Below, one piece after another: positions 28,052 through 32,000 of a DNA stretch of 32,000 nt (position 1 is the stretch's first letter; each line of letters opens with the position of its first letter). The stretch is taken from positions 300,001 through 332,000 of the forward strand of contig NC_007681.1 of the NCBI RefSeq assembly GCF_000012545.1, read 5' to 3'. Both the position numbers and the translations under genes were made by a program. The stretch is from Methanosphaera stadtmanae DSM 3091 (GTDB lineage: Archaea; Methanobacteriota; Methanobacteria; Methanobacteriales; Methanobacteriaceae). The notes beneath the pieces are model-generated. The model worked only from the letters and a program-made list of their open reading frames with translations, searched no databases and was not told the origin of the DNA.

Positions 28052-29395
28052 ATGAAACAATTATTTGGGACATTTGGTGTACGAAGAGTAGCAAACACAG
28101 TTTTAACTCCAGAATTTGCATCAAAAATTGCAGCAGCTTATGGAACAAAAGTTAAAGGAACAATAGCAATAGGATCAGATCCAAGAACATCCTCTGAAAT
28201 GATAAAACACGCCGTTACAGCAGGATTATTATCAGTAGGATGTGATGTGGTTGATTTAGGAACACTACCAACACCTGCAGTACAGTATGCAGTAAGACAA
28301 TACTATGATGGTGGAATCATGGTTACAGCTTCACATAATCCTCCAAAATATAATGGATTAAAATTATTGGACTCTGATGGTATTGGAACTCCTGATGATT
28401 TGGAAGAAGAAATTGAAGATATTTACTTTAATGATAAACAAGAACGTGTAACTTGGGATAAAATTGGAAAAGCATATAAAAGAGATATTATTGATGAATA
28501 CATAGATGAAGTGCTAAAAAGAGTAGATGTAGACACAATAAAACAAGCAAATCTAAAAGTAATTCTAGATGCAGGATCTGGAGCTGCATGTTCAACAACA
28601 CCATACATTATAAGAAAATTGGGATGTGACATAACAACACTTAATTGTCAACCAGATGGAGCATTCCCTGGACGTAATCCAGAACCAACAGAAGATAATC
28701 TACAAGATCTTATAAAAGTAGTTAAGGCAACTGGTGCAGATATTGGAATTGCACATGATGGTGATGCAGATAGAACAATATGTATTGATGAAAAAGGACA
28801 ATTTGTTTTTGGAGATAAATCATTTGCACTTGTTGAAAAATCTATGCTTGAGAAGAACAATGGTGGAAAAATAGTAACTACAGTTGCAACAAGTAATGCA
28901 ATAGCAGATATAGCACTTGAAAATAATGGTGAAATAATTCTAACAAAAGTAGGAGATCTTGTAGTTGCACGTAAATTACAGGAAGTAGATGGTTTATTTG
29001 GTGGAGAAGAAAATGGTGGATTAATATTCCCTGACTTTGTATATGGAAGAGATTCTGGACTAGCTACAGCAATGCTTCTTGAAATAATAGCTAAAACAAA
29101 ACAACCACTATCCCAATTAATTAGTCAATTACCAACATACTTCTCAGAAAAAAGAAAAGTTGAATGTCCTGATGATAAAAAAGCTACAGTTGCAGAAAAT
29201 ATAATTAAAGACACAACAGAATATGAAGTTGACACAACAGATGGTGTTAAAGTAATAACAAGTGATGGATGGGTAATAATAAGACCATCTGGTACAGAAC
29301 CAATATATAGATGCTTCTCAGAAGCAAAAACTCCTGAAAAAGCAACAGAATTAGCTGATTGGGGAATGAATTTAATTAAGAAATATTTAGATTAA
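28052..29395 (+). CDS. glmM: phosphoglucosamine mutase / phosphohexomutase (archaeal GlmM type)
   Basis: 447 aa with the active-site loop TASHNPPKYNGLK, the Mg site HDGDADR and the sugar loop GEENGG. AGGAG lies upstream. Confidence 0.9.
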   Translation: MKQLFGTFGVRRVANTVLTPEFASKIAAAYGTKVKGTIAIGSDPRTSSEMIKHAVTAGLLSVGCDVVDLGTLPTPAVQYAVRQYYDGGIMVTASHNPPKYNGLKLLDSDGIGTPDDLEEEIEDIYFNDKQERVTWDKIGKAYKRDIIDEYIDEVLKRVDVDTIKQANLKVILDAGSGAACSTTPYIIRKLGCDITTLNCQPDGAFPGRNPEPTEDNLQDLIKVVKATGADIGIAHDGDADRTICIDEKGQFVFGDKSFALVEKSMLEKNNGGKIVTTVATSNAIADIALENNGEIILTKVGDLVVARKLQEVDGLFGGEENGGLIFPDFVYGRDSGLATAMLLEIIAKTKQPLSQLISQLPTYFSEKRKVECPDDKKATVAENIIKDTTEYEVDTTDGVKVITSDGWVIIRPSGTEPIYRCFSEAKTPEKATELADWGMNLIKKYLD

Positions 29396-30097
29396 ATTTC
29401 TCTTCTTTCTACTTTTTTTATTTACAAGTCCCCATGGACAAACTTTAATACATAATCCACATAATCTTGGACGATTTTGTGCCTCTAATTTATTAAAATA
29501 ATCATTACAGGCATATGCATCATAACGTGTTTCTCTTGAATTTTCTTCATTAAATTCAATATTTTTAATAGCATGTGATGGACAGTTAACTGAGCATAAT
29601 CTACATGTTCCACAACGACTAGGAACTTGTTTTTTAGCATATGGTAGAGGTGCATCTGTGATAATGGTAGCCCACCTGATTCGTGGACCATAATATGGAT
29701 TTATAAGTAAACAACTCTTTCCAATCCAACCAAGACCTGCAAGATTTGCAACAAGTTTATGTGAAATATCACCCTTTAATTTATCTTTAGAAACAATAGA
29801 TGAAGCATCAATAAATTTTGCCATATACTTATGTTCATGTAATATGGATTCTATTTTAGTACCTATTTCATTTAATTTAGAGTTTATTTTAATGTATGTT
29901 TGAAGATATTTTTCCTCTATTTCAAGTATGTCAATTGTATCAATAATCTCATCAGGAATATTAATACCAATACTAATAGCATGGGGATACTTATTAAATT
30001 GGGAATTTATATCTGGATTAGGTGTCATATTTTTCATATTTGCATAACCATAAACTGTAACTTCCTCTTTACAAATCTTATCTATCATACTTATCAT
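29387..30097 (-). CDS. QueG-like (epoxyqueuosine reductase family) 2x[4Fe-4S] protein, short form
   Basis: 236 aa. GLGWIGKSCLLINPYYGPRIRWATIITDAPL matches the QueG core. Two cluster motifs are present, CGTCRLCSVNCP and CGLCIKVCPWG. Its 3' end overlaps glmM by 9 nt (convergent). Confidence 0.68.
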   Translation of the reverse strand: MISMIDKICKEEVTVYGYANMKNMTPNPDINSQFNKYPHAISIGINIPDEIIDTIDILEIEEKYLQTYIKINSKLNEIGTKIESILHEHKYMAKFIDASSIVSKDKLKGDISHKLVANLAGLGWIGKSCLLINPYYGPRIRWATIITDAPLPYAKKQVPSRCGTCRLCSVNCPSHAIKNIEFNEENSRETRYDAYACNDYFNKLEAQNRPRLCGLCIKVCPWGLVNKKSRKKRNLI

Positions 30098-30285
30098 TAT
30101 AACAAAAACTTCCTATAATCTATTTTTTAGTATTTTTTATATATTATATTAGATAAATCTTATTAATAATGCAATATATTATATTAAAATAATATATATT
30201 TTTTTAGTAGATAAAAAGCAATTTTCTAATAATCAATCAACTACAAGTTATGACTATAAATTTATAATTAGTGGAGGGTAATATA

Positions 30286-30858
30286 ATGGATAATAACACT
30301 ATTCAAAAAGAAATAGCAAGTCGTGTTAAAGACATGAGAGAAGTATGTGAAATTAGTGTACAAGAAATGTCTGAAAAGTTAGATGTTCCAGTTGAAACTT
30401 ATACAAAATATGAATCTGGAGAAATAGATATTCCAGCCAGTATTCTTTATGAAGCCTCAATAATATTTAATGTAGATACAAGTTTATTATTAACAGGTGA
30501 AGATACAAGAATGAGTGTTTTTACAGTAACACGTAAAGATAAAGGAGTAAGAGTTGATCGTAGAGAAGCATATGACTATGAAAACTTAGCTTCAAATTTT
30601 ACACATAAGGCAATTGAGCCATTTATTGTTACAGTAACACCACGTAAAGATAACTATATGCCAGAACCAAACTATCATAAAGGATATGAATTTCTTTATG
30701 TATTAGAAGGACAACTTAGAGTATATATTAAAGACAATACAATTGACTTAAATCCTGGAGATTCAATGTATTTTAATTCATTACATAAACATGCAATGAT
30801 AGCATTAGGAGATAAAAAAGCTAAATTCCTAGATATACTAAATTATAAAGGTGAGTAG
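30286..30858 (+). CDS. XRE-family HTH plus cupin-domain transcriptional regulator
   Basis: N-terminal HTH (IASRVKDMREVCEISVQEMSEKLDVPVETYTKYESGE) and a C-terminal cupin (HKGYEFLYVLEGQLRV...GDSMYFNSLHKH). ATG 30286 has GGAGGG upstream; the ORF track starts at GTG 30271. Confidence 0.8.
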   Translation: MDNNTIQKEIASRVKDMREVCEISVQEMSEKLDVPVETYTKYESGEIDIPASILYEASIIFNVDTSLLLTGEDTRMSVFTVTRKDKGVRVDRREAYDYENLASNFTHKAIEPFIVTVTPRKDNYMPEPNYHKGYEFLYVLEGQLRVYIKDNTIDLNPGDSMYFNSLHKHAMIALGDKKAKFLDILNYKGE

Positions 30859-30863
30859 ATTAA

Positions 30864-32000
30864 ATGACATCATTATTAAATAGATATGTTCCAAGAACAG
30901 AATTTGATTCTTATGAAGATTTTAATGAGAATTTAAAAATAACAGTACCTGAAGATTTTAATTTTGCATATGATATTGTTGATGTATATGCAAAAGAACA
31001 ACCTGATAAAGTAGCACTATCATGGTGTGATGATAATCAAGAAAAAATATTCACATTCAGTAATTTAAAACAATTAAGTGATAAGGCTGCAAACTTCTTT
31101 AAATCATTAGGAGTTACAAAGGGTGATAGAGTATTATTAACACTTAAAAGTCGTTATGATTTTTGGTATTGTATGTTAGCATTACATAAATTAAAAGCAA
31201 TAGCAGTACCTGCAACACACATGTTAAAACCTGAAGATATTGAATATAGGATAGATGTTGCTGGAATTAAAACTGTTGTAACTATTCGTGAAGATGGTGT
31301 TCCAGAAAGCTATGCTGAAGTTGAAAAAACATTAGGTCTTAAGTTAAACAAAGTATTTGTTGGAACAGAAGATATGCCTGGATGGTATGATTTAAGAAAA
31401 GAAGTTAAAAAAGCTTCAGATAACTTTGAACGTCCAGTATATGATGATGATTCAGTTGAAGATACTTCTGTAATTTTCTTCTCATCAGGTTCAACAGGAC
31501 AACCAAAAATGATTAAACACAGTTTTGGATATCCATTAGCACATATTGTAACTTCCAATTACTGGCATCAGGTGGTGGATAATGGATTACATTACACCAT
31601 AGCAGATACTGGTTGGGGAAAAGCATTATGGGGTGAAATATATGGTCCATGGATTTCAGGTTCAGGAATATATATCTATGATTATGATAGATTCCACCCA
31701 TATGAAGTTTTATCTAAGGCATTAGAACATAAAATCACGACATTATGTTGTCCACCAACAATGTACAGGTTCTTTATAAAAGAAGATATTGATAACTTGG
31801 ACTTTTCTTCATTACAACATGCAACAACTGCTGGTGAACCATTAAATGATGAAGTATTCTATAAATTTAAGGAATTAACAGGTCTATCTATACGTGAAGC
31901 ATTTGGTCAAACAGAAACAGTAGCTACTATTGCAAACTTCCCATGGGTTGATATTAAATTAGGTTCAATGGGTAAACCTGCACCATTGTTCAATATTAAA
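30864..32000 (+). CDS. AMP-forming medium-chain acyl-CoA synthetase (Macs/ACSM-like), 5' part, runs off the window
   Basis: My own translation from ATG 30864 stays open to 32000: MTSLLNRYVPRTEFDSYEDF...FFSSGSTGQPK...ADTGWGKALWG...AFGQTET. AGGTGA lies 10 nt upstream, and the start is 5 nt after the regulator stop. Confidence 0.85.
   Translation, partial: MTSLLNRYVPRTEFDSYEDFNENLKITVPEDFNFAYDIVDVYAKEQPDKVALSWCDDNQEKIFTFSNLKQLSDKAANFFKSLGVTKGDRVLLTLKSRYDFWYCMLALHKLKAIAVPATHMLKPEDIEYRIDVAGIKTVVTIREDGVPESYAEVEKTLGLKLNKVFVGTEDMPGWYDLRKEVKKASDNFERPVYDDDSVEDTSVIFFSSGSTGQPKMIKHSFGYPLAHIVTSNYWHQVVDNGLHYTIADTGWGKALWGEIYGPWISGSGIYIYDYDRFHPYEVLSKALEHKITTLCCPPTMYRFFIKEDIDNLDFSSLQHATTAGEPLNDEVFYKFKELTGLSIREAFGQTETVATIANFPWVDIKLGSMGKPAPLFNIK

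Noticed and set aside
1-32000. tRNA, rRNA or other structured RNA genes.
   Set aside because: No GC-rich island stands out from the AT-rich intergenic background, and I saw no cloverleaf-like stems. A covariance-model scan would be needed to exclude small RNAs.

Overview
Very AT-rich archaeal DNA. The gene content points to a methanogen of the order Methanobacteriales, similar to Methanosphaera or Methanobrevibacter; this assignment is inferred from gene content only. Most of the window is core metabolism and information processing. It holds a formylmethanofuran dehydrogenase cluster (3' end of a ferredoxin gene, then fwdD-B-A-C plus a coupled 92-aa unknown ORF), 6-phospho-3-hexuloisomerase and a ModE-type HTH regulator. 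These are followed by class I lysyl-tRNA synthetase, TrkA, ThiC, a PfkB kinase and a membrane-anchored YbjQ-domain protein. Next come anaerobic ribonucleotide reductase NrdD, the PolD large subunit, ATP-dependent DNA ligase and GlmM-type phosphohexomutase. The window ends with a QueG-like Fe-S protein and an XRE-cupin regulator coupled to a medium-chain acyl-CoA synthetase that runs off the end. I found no rRNA, tRNA, CRISPR array, transposase or integrase. The unusual part is 18.8-27.9 kb. It contains a 92-codon membrane ORF with a GGAGG site but no canonical start codon, and an acidic tail-anchored repeat protein. A DUF2971-like gene sits 8 nt upstream of lig, and a membrane-anchored OB-fold protein follows lig. 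A ribbon-helix-helix plus coiled-coil protein faces a 0.9-kb non-coding gap packed with about 20 TGT-N2-ACA half-sites. Seven pairs of these half-sites form dyads with exact 11-bp spacing. The same gap has a co-oriented TTGAA array around an AT-rich core. Downstream lies a GT-C-like membrane protein coupled to a sequon-rich surface protein with CWB2-like repeats. The repeat field and its RHH neighbour are my best candidate for an undescribed DNA-protein system, either an operator or centromere-like array or an origin-like element. That interpretation is a hypothesis. Only the repeat architecture is seen directly in the sequence.
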